From: a virus | Strand: one strand, 5' to 3' | IMG/VR virus record: IMGVR_UViG_3300025276_000032 | Span: 3,348 to 67,347 of that record | Length of the DNA stretch: 64,000 nt | Shown here: piece by piece, positions 1 to 8,973 of the stretch | Numbering within the stretch: the first letter of the stretch is position 1 | Layout: each line of letters opens with the position of its first letter | Notes under the pieces: generated by a model | Told to the model about the DNA's origin: nothing | The model's database searches: none | The model's input: only the letters and a program-made list of their open reading frames with translations | Made by a program: the position numbers and the translations under genes

Positions 1-6
1 TTCAAG

Positions 7-54
7 TGATTCTGTTTCTATGACTAAACTAGCATATTCTAACAGCTTTGTCAA
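7..54 (-). promoter_or_regulatory. Early sigma70-type promoter repeat with downstream GANTC (copy 1 of 13)
   Basis: Minus strand TTGACA(54-49)-N17-TAGTTT preceded by TG; plus-strand TGATTCT at 7-13; its gene lies beyond the window start. Confidence 0.85.
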
Positions 55-63
55 CCTTTATTT

Positions 64-330
64 CTACTTTTTTGCGTAGGCTGAACAACCCGGGATATGT
101 AAATTTTCCATATCTAATTCGTGCTGAATACGATCTAGTACATCGGCGAAGCATTCCATTTTCTCTGCATAAACACCGCGGTGAGCAACACCGTCAATTG
201 AGAGTGTCCATATGCTGCCCCAGTTACAGTTATGCTCTTTAAAGCAATGAGCAACAACTGGCTTAGAGAATTTTTCAGAAACCATCACGTCATGGACGAT
301 TTCATCAAAAAGAGATTCGAGATAGTTCAT
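64..330 (-). CDS. Hypothetical early protein
   Basis: ORF track 64..396; start moved to ATG 330 (SD AAAGGA) because the extra N-terminus is the translated promoter repeat. Confidence 0.7.
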   Translation of the reverse strand: MNYLESLFDEIVHDVMVSEKFSKPVVAHCFKEHNCNWGSIWTLSIDGVAHRGVYAEKMECFADVLDRIQHELDMENLHIPGCSAYAKK

Positions 331-348
331 TTTTAGTCCTTTCAAGAC

Positions 349-396
349 TGATTCTTTATCTACAACTAAACTAGCATATTCTACCCTAGTTGTCAA
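349..396 (-). promoter_or_regulatory. Early promoter repeat copy 2
   Basis: TTGACA-N17-TAGTTT, GATTC at 350-354. Confidence 0.85.
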
Positions 397-404
397 GCGG
401 TTTC

Positions 405-653
405 TTATGAGTTAGAATCCATCATGTACTTTGTGTTATAGCCACCAGCGCGGTCACCCGCAGCTTTGTAGTTAAGTGAGGTTAAGCCTACTGGACCACT
501 ATATGTTTTTGAGTATGTGAGATATTTTTTGGCGACTGGCTGCGTCGGTCTTAGCCGAGCACCTTTTGCCCAGACTGCGCGTTTCCGCTTTGTGACAGTA
601 CCACCGGAATCGAGATAGTCATTTACCATTTGGTTTACATCTAGATCAGTCAT
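405..653 (-). CDS. Hypothetical protein
   Basis: 82-aa ORF packed in the minus-strand run. Confidence 0.7.
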   Translation of the reverse strand: MTDLDVNQMVNDYLDSGGTVTKRKRAVWAKGARLRPTQPVAKKYLTYSKTYSGPVGLTSLNYKAAGDRAGGYNTKYMMDSNS

Positions 654-654
654 A

Positions 655-942
655 TTATTGGTCCAAATATGTGCGAAGCAAACGGCTTCTGCTAGGGTGC
701 TTCAACATTCTCAAAGCTTTGTCTTGGATTTGACGTATACGCTCTGGAGCTAAATTCATAAGTACGCCGACTTGAGCCAGTGTCATTTTTTCTTCTGAGA
801 GAAATCCGAAACGTGCTTTCAGAACCAAACGCATTTGATCTGGCAAAGTATCAAGAACAGTGGATACATCTTCAGAAAAATTCATCTTATCGACATTCAT
901 TTCATAAGAAACATCATTTAATTGTACAAATTCGATAGTCAT
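655..942 (-). CDS. Stand-alone sigma70 (RpoD) region 4 domain protein
   Basis: VLKARFG...TLAQVG...ERIRQIQDKALRMLKHPSRSRLLRTYLDQ closely parallels the RpoD C-terminus. Confidence 0.85.
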   Translation of the reverse strand: MTIEFVQLNDVSYEMNVDKMNFSEDVSTVLDTLPDQMRLVLKARFGFLSEEKMTLAQVGVLMNLAPERIRQIQDKALRMLKHPSRSRLLRTYLDQ

Positions 943-959
943 GTTTTAACCCTTTCAAG

Positions 960-1007
960 TGATTCTTTTTCTATGACTAACCTAGCATAATACTCCTATA
1001 ATGTCAA
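960..1007 (-). promoter_or_regulatory. Early promoter repeat copy 3
   Basis: TTGACA-N17-TAGGTT, GATTC at 961-965. Confidence 0.85.
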
Positions 1008-1237
1008 GCGGTTTTTAATTTATTTGTAAGATATGCACCCTCGGCTTTATCGTATGCTGACAATATTTCTTTGAGCATAAAGGGTGTAATGACAACGATA
1101 TTAAAGCTTTCGTCATCGTCGTACTGTCGAATATAGACATTATCCTCATCTAAGATCAATTCCACATCGTCGTGATTTCCGTCATTGTCCATGACAACAA
1201 TGACGCTATGGTCAAATTCGTGTTCTATAGTAAACAT
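1004..1237 (-). CDS. Hypothetical acidic protein
   Basis: 77-aa ORF coupled to the upstream gene. Confidence 0.7.
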   Translation of the reverse strand: MFTIEHEFDHSVIVVMDNDGNHDDVELILDEDNVYIRQYDDDESFNIVVITPFMLKEILSAYDKAEGAYLTNKLKTA

Positions 1238-1509
1238 TATTTCTTACCTTTCTTTTTCTTTGCCTTAGTAGGCACTTTCTTTCGACTTGCTTCCATTTCA
1301 GCTTTGGTGCGCCTCTTACGTTTCGGCTTCACTGGCTCGACTACAGCGGCTGCTACAGCGTCCATCTTATTCACTATAGGATCTAGTGCCGCCTTTGCTT
1401 GGTTATTATTCCATGCAAATTTCTTCTTTACATCTGCATACAGTTTAGCTCTATCTTTATAGATAGAAACCATACTCCTTAATACTCGGTCTATTTCAAT
1501 CCAGTTCAA
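1237..1509 (-). CDS. Hypothetical protein with Lys/Arg-rich C-terminus
   Basis: 90-aa ORF, TTG start with GGAGG SD. Confidence 0.7.
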   Translation of the reverse strand: MNWIEIDRVLRSMVSIYKDRAKLYADVKKKFAWNNNQAKAALDPIVNKMDAVAAAVVEPVKPKRKRRTKAEMEASRKKVPTKAKKKKGKK

Positions 1510-1656
1510 TTAAAAAATCCTCCACATGTTCCATTGCATCACTCACATTCTCATAGAGATATGCACACCGTACAATGTCTCCTAGATATTCTGTTATATG
1601 CCAATCCATAATATCACTATCAAAGCTTCTAGGGATTCTTTTAATTCGTACTGACT

Positions 1657-1962
1657 TCATTTCTTTTTCCGCTTCTTTTTACCGTGAATACTTCTTAAAT
1701 TAGCGAGTGAGTCAATTACAATAGTAGGATACTCACCTAAATATGTGCCCGCACTCAAAGAATCTTTATCTAACAAATGCTTATGGTAATGCTCTATAGT
1801 ATCCCAATTGTTTAATATCTTTTTAGATAACATATCATAAAAATCGTCTGAGAATATGGGGTCATCTTCTTTATAATAAGCATACGAAGCCATTAAATAA
1901 TACGGAATAGTCATATTATTATTGGCACTTATAAGGGAAGTAACATGATTACCGATATTCAT
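1657..1962 (-). CDS. Stand-alone NAD-dependent DNA ligase domain Ia-like protein
   Basis: YAYYKEDDPIFSDDFYDML matches the LigA N-terminal YY..D.P.ISD..YD.L pattern. Confidence 0.65.
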   Translation of the reverse strand: MNIGNHVTSLISANNNMTIPYYLMASYAYYKEDDPIFSDDFYDMLSKKILNNWDTIEHYHKHLLDKDSLSAGTYLGEYPTIVIDSLANLRSIHGKKKRKKK

Positions 1963-1970
1963 TTCTTATT

Positions 1971-2315
1971 CTACCTTCGCATATTAGCAGCGTCAATTAT
2001 ACCCTGCTTATTATCTTTACGGACTGGCATTAAATTGCTCTTGTGTGTAGTTACAATTCCTGCAATCTCATTACCCGTATACGTCTGATTCGTTTTCTTA
2101 ATGCCATTATCGCATATTACATCGCTGGTGTCAACCGATTTTCTCACACTCAAATCTGGCATATCTGCGCGATAGTTACTAGGCTTATCGCTCACACCCA
2201 TCTTTTTGAGGAAAGCCTCATGATCCCGAACTGTCTTGGCATAACCACTCTTTTTATTTACCTTACGTTTCTTGTAATTATTGCTAGTCATACCCCTAAC
2301 AATCTGCATACTCAT
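1971..2315 (-). CDS. Hypothetical basic protein
   Basis: 114-aa ORF. Confidence 0.7.
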   Translation of the reverse strand: MSMQIVRGMTSNNYKKRKVNKKSGYAKTVRDHEAFLKKMGVSDKPSNYRADMPDLSVRKSVDTSDVICDNGIKKTNQTYTGNEIAGIVTTHKSNLMPVRKDNKQGIIDAANMRR

Positions 2316-2584
2316 TATTTTGACTCCAGTTTTTCACGCTCTAAGAGAACATAAAGGACCAATTCTTTTAGTTTCTTGACCTCAGACTCTAGTTCCATAA
2401 TTCTATCAGCGGCACGCCACTCAACAGTGTCCAGACATTTGAACAAGTGATTCGTTCCAGCCTGCTGTTTCAGTTCTTTAGCAATATCAGAATGTTCTAT
2501 CCTAGGCACAATGTCATTATACTGTTTGCGTTCTACGGCGTGTTCATTTTCTTCTACTTCGATACCATGTGTGTTAATCAGCAT
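2315..2584 (-). CDS. Hypothetical protein
   Basis: 89-aa ORF, overlapping start/stop coupling. Confidence 0.65.
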   Translation of the reverse strand: MLINTHGIEVEENEHAVERKQYNDIVPRIEHSDIAKELKQQAGTNHLFKCLDTVEWRAADRIMELESEVKKLKELVLYVLLEREKLESK

Positions 2585-2982
2585 CGCACTAATCTCCCAC
2601 CAACATTACATTGCGTTAAAGTTTGCATATTATTCTGTTGCATTGGATAACCATTTGTGTTATTCTGGTATTGGTGAGGTGCGTTATGATTCGAATCAAT
2701 ATTATATGTACAGACTTGGACCTGCTTATAACCAACAATTCTGGTTGTCTGCGTCTGTTGAGCGACATTACGCCCCAGCATCATACCGAGAATAGTAGCA
2801 GCAACTTTCCCTTGACCGTTACCGACTTGATTGCCGATAATGCCACCAACAAGAGCACCACCCCATTCGTTATGAGTTGCATATACTGGAACTTGGCGAA
2901 TTTCGCATTGCTGATTTTGTGCAGCTACGGAAGTGGCACCGAGCATACTTATGAGAACTATAGAACGAATCATTATGCCCAT
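2578..2982 (-). CDS. Glycine-zipper 2TM domain exported protein
   Basis: Signal peptide and GALVGGIIGNQVGNGQGKVAATILGMMLG. Confidence 0.8.
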   Translation of the reverse strand: MGIMIRSIVLISMLGATSVAAQNQQCEIRQVPVYATHNEWGGALVGGIIGNQVGNGQGKVAATILGMMLGRNVAQQTQTTRIVGYKQVQVCTYNIDSNHNAPHQYQNNTNGYPMQQNNMQTLTQCNVGGRLVRC

Positions 2983-3149
2983 CCCTCTGCTAACATAGTT
3001 ACAACTACAGGCTCTTTGATTTTTAGCCCTGTTGATTCGCCGGTCTCAACATCAAATTCTTCGACGGTTGTCTGGGACATCCAGTCACAGGCTGTGCCTT
3101 GAGGAGCTGTTGCCCATTCGATGATAGAAGTCTTTTTAAGAGTAATCAT
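2973..3149 (-). CDS. Hypothetical early protein
   Basis: ATG 3149 with AAAGGA SD, downstream of promoter copy 4. Confidence 0.6.
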   Translation of the reverse strand: MITLKKTSIIEWATAPQGTACDWMSQTTVEEFDVETGESTGLKIKEPVVVTMLAEGWA

Positions 3150-3171
3150 GGATTTGTCCTTTCGTGACAAG

Positions 3172-3219
3172 TGATTCTGTTTCTACAACTAAACTAGCAT
3201 ATTCTACCAGCTTTGTCAA
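3172..3219 (-). promoter_or_regulatory. Early promoter repeat copy 4
   Basis: TTGACA-N17-TAGTTT, GATTC at 3173-3177. Confidence 0.85.
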
Positions 3220-3386
3220 GATTTTTCTTCAAGGTTTCGCTTTTCACTATAAAACTTTTGTTGGTATTCCGACGCATAGCCCGCTTGATCTTCTGGGCTT
3301 GGCGACCATTAATCTTGCCCTCGTCATTATACCCAATTTCTCTCAGAGATTTAATCATTTTCTTTCCTTTAGTGTGTTGATTTTAC

Positions 3387-3442
3387 TTGACTCTTTTCGA
3401 AAATCTGTTATAATAAGATTCTTCTTAGTGAAGCGGGGTATA
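3387..3442 (+). repeat. Antisense promoter-like dispersed repeat, copy A
   Basis: TTGACT-N16-TATAAT (extended TG) followed by AAGATTCTTCTTAGTGA...GGGGTA; near-identical at 26207 and 53138. Confidence 0.85.
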
Positions 3443-3694
3443 TTATACCAACTCAAAAGCTCTTTTCATCAGCAAGCTTGCACCGTCATCTGTATCAAAA
3501 CCCTCTTCAGTGGCAAAGTCCATTGACGATGATTGAAAGATTTCAGCAGCAATTCCCTTAGTATTTAGAACATATGCAATCGCTTCTGCTGTCTTACCGA
3601 AGCCAACTAAACTCATGTTAGAAAACATTTGAATTCCACCGTTATGAGCAGAGACAAAATCGACTGAGTTAGGGAAGAGCGTATTGAGTTTCAT
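3443..3694 (-). CDS. Hypothetical early protein
   Basis: 83-aa ORF with SD, downstream of promoter copy 5. Confidence 0.75.
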   Translation of the reverse strand: MKLNTLFPNSVDFVSAHNGGIQMFSNMSLVGFGKTAEAIAYVLNTKGIAAEIFQSSSMDFATEEGFDTDDGASLLMKRAFELV

Positions 3695-3717
3695 AGTGTT
3701 GTCCTTTCAAGACAGAG

Positions 3718-3765
3718 TGATTCTTTATCTACAACTAAATTAGCATAATATACCACTAATGTCAA
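3718..3765 (-). promoter_or_regulatory. Early promoter repeat copy 5
   Basis: TTGACA-N17-TAATTT, GATTC at 3719-3723. Confidence 0.85.
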
Positions 3766-4031
3766 GAGGTTTTTACTTAAACATATCCAAAAACATCCAA
3801 ATAAGTCCAATTAAAGGAATAGCTAAACCGATCGTTATAACCATTATTACCAATAATTCTAACATTACTTGTCATCCTTTGTTTCTAGGTAATGGGCGAG
3901 TGCAAGCCAGAAAGGTCCAGCTGCACATACCAATAGTCCTAGAACTGTATCTCCTTGGCTAATAAACACACATCCCAGTATGAAACACACGATTGCGTAA
4001 ATGAAAAGTCCCTGCATATTATAATTCCTTC

Positions 4032-4250
4032 TTACATTTCGATCAGTGTTGCGAGGTGATTGAGGGCTTTTGAACGAGCCTTCATTTCTTTCAATGTCAT
4101 TAGAACAAGATTTGTTGTGCCCAGGCTATTGCGCTTAGACCAAACAGTATAGAAACCATCACGATCATCAACAACTTCATATTTAGTGCCACGGGCTTCT
4201 AAGAAGTAGCATGTTTTGTTGTTCGAGGTCATTGTTGTTTGAACTAACAT
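4032..4250 (-). CDS. Hypothetical early protein
   Basis: Start corrected to ATG 4250 (track N-terminus is the promoter repeat). Confidence 0.65.
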   Translation of the reverse strand: MLVQTTMTSNNKTCYFLEARGTKYEVVDDRDGFYTVWSKRNSLGTTNLVLMTLKEMKARSKALNHLATLIEM

Positions 4251-4268
4251 TTGGTCTCTTTCTTCTAG

Positions 4269-4316
4269 TGATTCTGTTTCTATAACTAACCTAGCATAAT
4301 AATCACCACTTGTCAA
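4269..4316 (-). promoter_or_regulatory. Early promoter repeat copy 6
   Basis: TTGACA-N17-TAGGTT, GATTC at 4270-4274. Confidence 0.85.
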
Positions 4317-4319
4317 CCA

Positions 4320-4520
4320 TTAAATGAAGTTTTCTTCGATTTTTTTGATATGTTTACACTTCACAAACGCGGGACAGCTACAAGTAAACCCCTTATCGAC
4401 CATCTGTATGACATAGGAATCTCCTCGACTGCCGATGGTGGACCATTCAGTACCCACTGCCCAATGCTTTCTAGTCTCGATTTCATATGAAAAGAATACT
4501 CTAGGTGTATATTTGCTCAC
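4320..4520 (-). CDS. SWIM zinc-finger protein
   Basis: FTCSCPAFVKCKHI (CxC...CxH). Confidence 0.75.
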   Translation of the reverse strand: MSKYTPRVFFSYEIETRKHWAVGTEWSTIGSRGDSYVIQMVDKGFTCSCPAFVKCKHIKKIEENFI

Positions 4521-5182
4521 TTCATGGCACTCCGCGCTTTAGACATACGCTGACTCATCTTGCGCCACTGGTCTGGTGCCATGACTTTCTTATTGATTGA
4601 CAACTTCAACTTCTTTTCTTTAAAGCATTTTTTCAGATAAGTGGCTTGCTCTTTACCGATGAACCGTGATACCAACTTGAGTAGATCAATACGAAACTGT
4701 GTATCGTGGTGCATATTACCAATAGAATGAGCTAACTCATGGAGTAGTACGTATTGGTTCAATCCGATAGGTAGATCGTCTAAGCCGCGAGTGGTATTCA
4801 ATTCAATATGATGCCCCCACGCTCTGCCAGCAATTCTTGAGCCGCGCATAGTTCCTAGGGTTATAGCTAAATTCTCGGAAACTCTACCCTTGCTCATTTT
4901 CTTCCAAGTGGCAGAACCAAGAACTTTATCGCAATACTTTTGAGCCATGGCAATATTGGCAAACTGGAGACCCATGCCGTATGTACGCTCATACTTAAAT
5001 TCTGAATTATATACCTTAGAACGGTCACTATCACGCGAATATTTACCATGCTTACGACCAGTATTGATAAGGGTCCGCTTCTTATTCAGATAAGAGAGGT
5101 ACTTTTGGATCTCCTCATTGTCCCAATTCTCGCCTTGAAGGGCTTTGACAACGGGCTTCTGATCTGAACTATAACATAACAT
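4517..5182 (-). CDS. HExxH zincin-like metallohydrolase
   Basis: VLLHELAHS...HHDTQF motif. Confidence 0.7.
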   Translation of the reverse strand: MLCYSSDQKPVVKALQGENWDNEEIQKYLSYLNKKRTLINTGRKHGKYSRDSDRSKVYNSEFKYERTYGMGLQFANIAMAQKYCDKVLGSATWKKMSKGRVSENLAITLGTMRGSRIAGRAWGHHIELNTTRGLDDLPIGLNQYVLLHELAHSIGNMHHDTQFRIDLLKLVSRFIGKEQATYLKKCFKEKKLKLSINKKVMAPDQWRKMSQRMSKARSAMK

Positions 5183-5203
5183 GGTAGTCTCCTAGTAGAT
5201 AAG

Positions 5204-5251
5204 TGATTCTTTTTCTATCACTAACCTAACACAGGTGTCCACTAATGTCAA
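5204..5251 (-). promoter_or_regulatory. Early promoter repeat copy 7
   Basis: TTGACA-N17-TAGGTT, GATTC at 5205-5209. Confidence 0.85.
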
Positions 5252-5260
5252 GAGGAATCG

Positions 5261-5521
5261 TTATGATTTGTAGATTTTAGTTAGCATATCCTCGAACTGC
5301 TCTACTTTGGTCAGTCGGCTTGGCCAATGGATATAGTCTTTCTCAGGGTTCTTCTTTAGGTTATTCAGTAGAGGTATCACTGCATTATATAGCTTGTCCA
5401 CTTTAGCTGTTGCAGCTTCCACAGTCTCCTCGGCGCCCTCTGATCTACTCTGAGCTTCCTGAACTGCGTCTAGCTCTTCTTCGGTTACAGCCGTGAAGCC
5501 AAAGTCGAATATATCTTCCAT
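5261..5521 (-). CDS. Conserved phage hypothetical protein
   Basis: DFGFTAV...LLNNLKKNPEKDYIHWP, a pattern I recognise from marine T4-like phages. Confidence 0.75.
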   Translation of the reverse strand: MEDIFDFGFTAVTEEELDAVQEAQSRSEGAEETVEAATAKVDKLYNAVIPLLNNLKKNPEKDYIHWPSRLTKVEQFEDMLTKIYKS

Positions 5522-5563
5522 ATCTTTTTTTCCTCTCTTTACACCGCTGGTTTCACTGTTTTT

Positions 5564-5857
5564 CTAACGTGTCTCGCTTGTATCATCTATTTTGATACCG
5601 TTTTGTCCATACACATAGCGAGGTGCTACTGGCATAGATGCTGTTGGTGCATGTGTCTTAGTTTGTCCCTGAACGTATACCATTCCTGTTGGTTGACCTG
5701 TTGCGTCTTTTCTTTGATATAGTGTTCTACTCTCTAGTTCTTCTATTCTCTTTAAGCACATGGATACTTTATCTTCTAACTCATATATCTTTAACTCTAA
5801 CTGATTTGTCATTGTTGTTTTCCTTAGAATATAGTTATGATATCTTTCTTGGTTCAA
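5564..5857 (-). CDS. Hypothetical coiled-coil protein
   Basis: 97-aa ORF; start uncertain. Confidence 0.55.
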   Translation of the reverse strand: MNQERYHNYILRKTTMTNQLELKIYELEDKVSMCLKRIEELESRTLYQRKDATGQPTGMVYVQGQTKTHAPTASMPVAPRYVYGQNGIKIDDTSETR

Positions 5858-6117
5858 GTTTCTTTACCTGTGTTATTATTTACTATAACTTTTCTATTCA
5901 TATGGTTATCTTTTTGGACACAGCCTATTTCTAGAATGTTATATGCGTTTTCTCCGTACATTCTGTCTAGACGGTAGATCAGTGCATCATTTAGATTAAT
6001 AATATTATTTGTTGAGAAATTCATACATTCTTGTTGGGAATAAAAATCTCTACCCTCGAACACAAGTCTTTCTCCGTTTATTTCTAGTGTGAATAGTGAA
6101 TACAACATCCAAAGCAT
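5854..6117 (-). CDS. Hypothetical protein
   Basis: 87-aa ORF. Confidence 0.6.
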   Translation of the reverse strand: MLWMLYSLFTLEINGERLVFEGRDFYSQQECMNFSTNNIINLNDALIYRLDRMYGENAYNILEIGCVQKDNHMNRKVIVNNNTGKET

Positions 6118-6118
6118 A

Positions 6119-6580
6119 TTATTCTCCTGGGCTAAACTCTGCGCCGTTGGCTATGAGGCAAGAGTAGTTACCGGTTTCTGCTATGAGTGACCATGTGCCT
6201 TTGTCTTGATTGACGTATAGCGCGACTTGTGGTGCAAATCTTTGTGCGTTTGCTACTGATAGATTATTACCTGTATTGGGTATCATTATTACTACAGAGA
6301 CACCACCGAATAATTTCTTTTCGTTATACTCGGTCAAGACTTGATTGTCTACATAGTCTTTGGTATCACATGCGATAAGCATAATTTGTTGTGTCGGATT
6401 TCTTGGTGCAATTCTATTCTTTAGGTACTCACCAGTATCTAAGTCTAAGTTCTTATCTTTTTTGGGTGAAAGTGTATTAGGTGCCAGTGGCTCTACATAG
6501 ATATCGGGATCAGCTTTTACCGATATTGATGCAGTACACGATACTAGAATGAATGTGAGTGCGAATAATATATATTTCAT
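6119..6580 (-). CDS. Hypothetical exported protein or lipoprotein
   Basis: MKYILFALTFILVSC signal; AGGAG SD. Confidence 0.65.
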   Translation of the reverse strand: MKYILFALTFILVSCTASISVKADPDIYVEPLAPNTLSPKKDKNLDLDTGEYLKNRIAPRNPTQQIMLIACDTKDYVDNQVLTEYNEKKLFGGVSVVIMIPNTGNNLSVANAQRFAPQVALYVNQDKGTWSLIAETGNYSCLIANGAEFSPGE

Positions 6581-6603
6581 TTTACTTCTCCTTTGTATGT
6601 TAA

Positions 6604-7125
6604 TCATTGATACTCTGCTCCGCTATAAAATTTAATATCTTGATCTTTTATGCAACGACTGCCGCCAAGTGAGACTAAATCTATTGCACATGCTACAGCA
6701 GTAATTGACCCACCGAGGTCGTGTACAATATCAATACACGCTTGAACTGTGCCTCCAGTTGCCATAAGATCGTCGATGATAATAACTCTATCGCCTTGCT
6801 CAATTGATGTTGTTTGTATTTCAAGTGTAGCCGTGTCGTATTCAAGATCAAATTCTTTTTGAATAATAGGGCCAGGTAACTTACCTGCTTTACGAGCAAG
6901 AATTAGAGCACCTTTTGTTCTGTGTGCCAGTACACTTGCAAAAATAAATCCTCTGGCATCTAAGCCAATGATCTTATCTACTGGACAATACTTTAGTAAG
7001 CTACTATAAAAGAAATTATTAGTGTGCATAAAGCCTTCTGGATTAGCGCACAAACTAGCTATACATTTAAAGTCGATTCCTTCTATAGGAAAGTCTTTAT
7101 AGCTTTTGATATATTGTTTAATCAT
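6604..7125 (-). CDS. apt: Adenine phosphoribosyltransferase
   Basis: DFPIEGIDFK, GLDARGF, ARKAGKLPG, LEY, IIDDLMATGGT PRPP loop. Confidence 0.92.
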   Translation of the reverse strand: MIKQYIKSYKDFPIEGIDFKCIASLCANPEGFMHTNNFFYSSLLKYCPVDKIIGLDARGFIFASVLAHRTKGALILARKAGKLPGPIIQKEFDLEYDTATLEIQTTSIEQGDRVIIIDDLMATGGTVQACIDIVHDLGGSITAVACAIDLVSLGGSRCIKDQDIKFYSGAEYQ

Positions 7126-7454
7126 TCATAAGTTTCGCCTGTATTTCGAAAGAAGTTCTCGGACCAAAATGCTTTATCATCAATCCAAACGTCATAATGT
7201 TCTTTCTCACCCACTGATAATTCGTGAAACTTAGCGCCCCAACGAATGAGTTGATTGTTGGTAAGACTGTAGTAGTCTATCTTGGACACTGCGCCGCGGG
7301 CAGTCATATACTTAATAGTGTGACCTGCATCGTACAGGGCATTGACGCGCTCAATACGATCAGGCATAGGTTCGTGTAGCGCATAGTCTTTCGTGCCGTC
7401 GGGCTTTAGCACTTCATTACATATCGTACCGTCAATATCAATCACATATTTCAT
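7122..7454 (-). CDS. Small HAD-family phosphatase
   Basis: DIDGTI, TARG, IDDK motifs. Confidence 0.8.
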   Translation of the reverse strand: MKYVIDIDGTICNEVLKPDGTKDYALHEPMPDRIERVNALYDAGHTIKYMTARGAVSKIDYYSLTNNQLIRWGAKFHELSVGEKEHYDVWIDDKAFWSENFFRNTGETYE

Positions 7455-7486
7455 AAATCATTCTCCAAATAATATATTTTATACAG

Positions 7487-7708
7487 CTACTTATATGTTT
7501 TATTTTTCTTCAAATATGAACCGTCTAATTCATTATGGCCTGAGTTATAGAATGCCCAGCGAATACAATTCCATATATTATATGATGTATGATAATAAAA
7601 AGGGAAAGAAAACTCATGTCTCCTCTCCCTTAACTGTTTATACCAGCCTATGAATAAAGCTATTCTTCGGGACAAAATTTCTGCATTGTTGTAGCAATGC
7701 CTTCCCAT
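7487..7708 (-). CDS. Possible hypothetical protein
   Basis: 73-aa ORF filling a gap; start uncertain. Confidence 0.4.
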   Translation of the reverse strand: MGRHCYNNAEILSRRIALFIGWYKQLRERRHEFSFPFYYHTSYNIWNCIRWAFYNSGHNELDGSYLKKNKTYK

Positions 7709-7866
7709 CTAGCAAGTTCATTCATTTGATGTTCTAACGATTCCATCACACTGGAATGTTCTCCGATGCCCACTGGATTGTTCAAGTAAATTTCGATATT
7801 AGCAGTGTGCATAGCAATTTTCCCGTCGATCTGCATCTGTATTGCTGTTAACATTGTTTCTTTCAT
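7660..7866 (-). CDS. Conserved phage hypothetical protein
   Basis: HTANIEIYLNNPVGIGEH motif. Confidence 0.75.
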   Translation of the reverse strand: MKETMLTAIQMQIDGKIAMHTANIEIYLNNPVGIGEHSSVMESLEHQMNELARWEGIATTMQKFCPEE

Positions 7867-7871
7867 ATGAA

Positions 7872-8306
7872 TTACTCTCCTATTTTAGCTATAACTATTG
7901 TGGCTGTGTGGTCTGTGTAGTCTGTGTTATCGAATACCCGTATTGCGGTTTCTCTGACAAGATAGCCATCACGTTTTCGATATGTAATGATTTCTTGTCT
8001 TGTCACGCCGTGGGTATCCGCATCTTTCGCAGACTTAAACGGTCCTTCAGTGTCCACATCAAGTCCAAGTCTGATTAGATTTTCTCTTTCAAAAATTACA
8101 GGGTCTGCAACAAATGCCATATAGTCGCTCAACCCATCATCGGTGATACTAGTATCACTGACCGAAAACGTATAATCAGCTTCGCCGTCCCATCCGCTAC
8201 TATCCATAAATCTAGCTGGATCTGCTAAGATTGTAGATTTGTTCTCGCCCCATCCACTATTATAAGATGAAGGAATAATATCATTTGGACTTATAACTTT
8301 ATTCAT
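7872..8306 (-). CDS. Hypothetical protein
   Basis: 144-aa ORF. Confidence 0.7.
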   Translation of the reverse strand: MNKVISPNDIIPSSYNSGWGENKSTILADPARFMDSSGWDGEADYTFSVSDTSITDDGLSDYMAFVADPVIFERENLIRLGLDVDTEGPFKSAKDADTHGVTRQEIITYRKRDGYLVRETAIRVFDNTDYTDHTATIVIAKIGE

Positions 8307-8581
8307 GCCATGATATCCACGGACTTTTTGACCTTACTTGCTGTGTCTGTAGCTTCTACTTGAGGTATGTGCATTTTCTTACCGTCTGCGCCATATGTGC
8401 CCGCGTGACCTTCGTAAGAGTTCCCCAACGCTTTTTGAGGCGCTCTTACTGACTGTTGCGTTCTATTCCTAATATTTTCCACGACCTGCATTTGCATATC
8501 CTTTGCAGCTTGGGTCTTTACAATCAATTCAAGAGGCTGTGTCGCGTAGTGGTGCGAGAAGCCTGGACCATCAACATTCAT
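8303..8581 (-). CDS. Hypothetical protein
   Basis: 92-aa ORF, coupled. Confidence 0.65.
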   Translation of the reverse strand: MNVDGPGFSHHYATQPLELIVKTQAAKDMQMQVVENIRNRTQQSVRAPQKALGNSYEGHAGTYGADGKKMHIPQVEATDTASKVKKSVDIMA

Positions 8582-8973
8582 TATCTAAGTATCCCCCTCA
8601 CAGTTTCTAATAGTTTTTTCTTACTCAATCGTCTGTCTAGTTCAACACCACTATCCCTTGCAACGAGTTCTAATTCTTTCTTTGACATTTTACTCAGGTC
8701 GCTTGAGGGCGCTGCTTCGTGCAATGGTTGCGGAGCAGGAGCCGGTGTCGGCGCTGGATTTGGATCGTCAACTACTTCGCGCAATGGTTGTGGCGTTGGT
8801 TTGACCGCACCTTTGGCAGAAGCTAATAGAAGTGCTGCCTTTTCTGGTACGCCATACCATTCATCAATTTCTGCTTGCGTAAACGGTTGCGCTTTGAGTA
8901 GTTCACGCCCTTTCATCCAGCCTTCATTTGTTGGATGTGCGCCTTTTGCCCATGCGGGGGGTTTAATTGCCAT
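8581..8973 (-). CDS. Late protein with Pro-rich linker and C-terminal Rho-N/HeH-like helical motif
   Basis: LSKMSKKELELVARDSGVELDRRLSKKKL; downstream of a TATAAATA. Confidence 0.7.
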   Translation of the reverse strand: MAIKPPAWAKGAHPTNEGWMKGRELLKAQPFTQAEIDEWYGVPEKAALLLASAKGAVKPTPQPLREVVDDPNPAPTPAPAPQPLHEAAPSSDLSKMSKKELELVARDSGVELDRRLSKKKLLETVRGILR

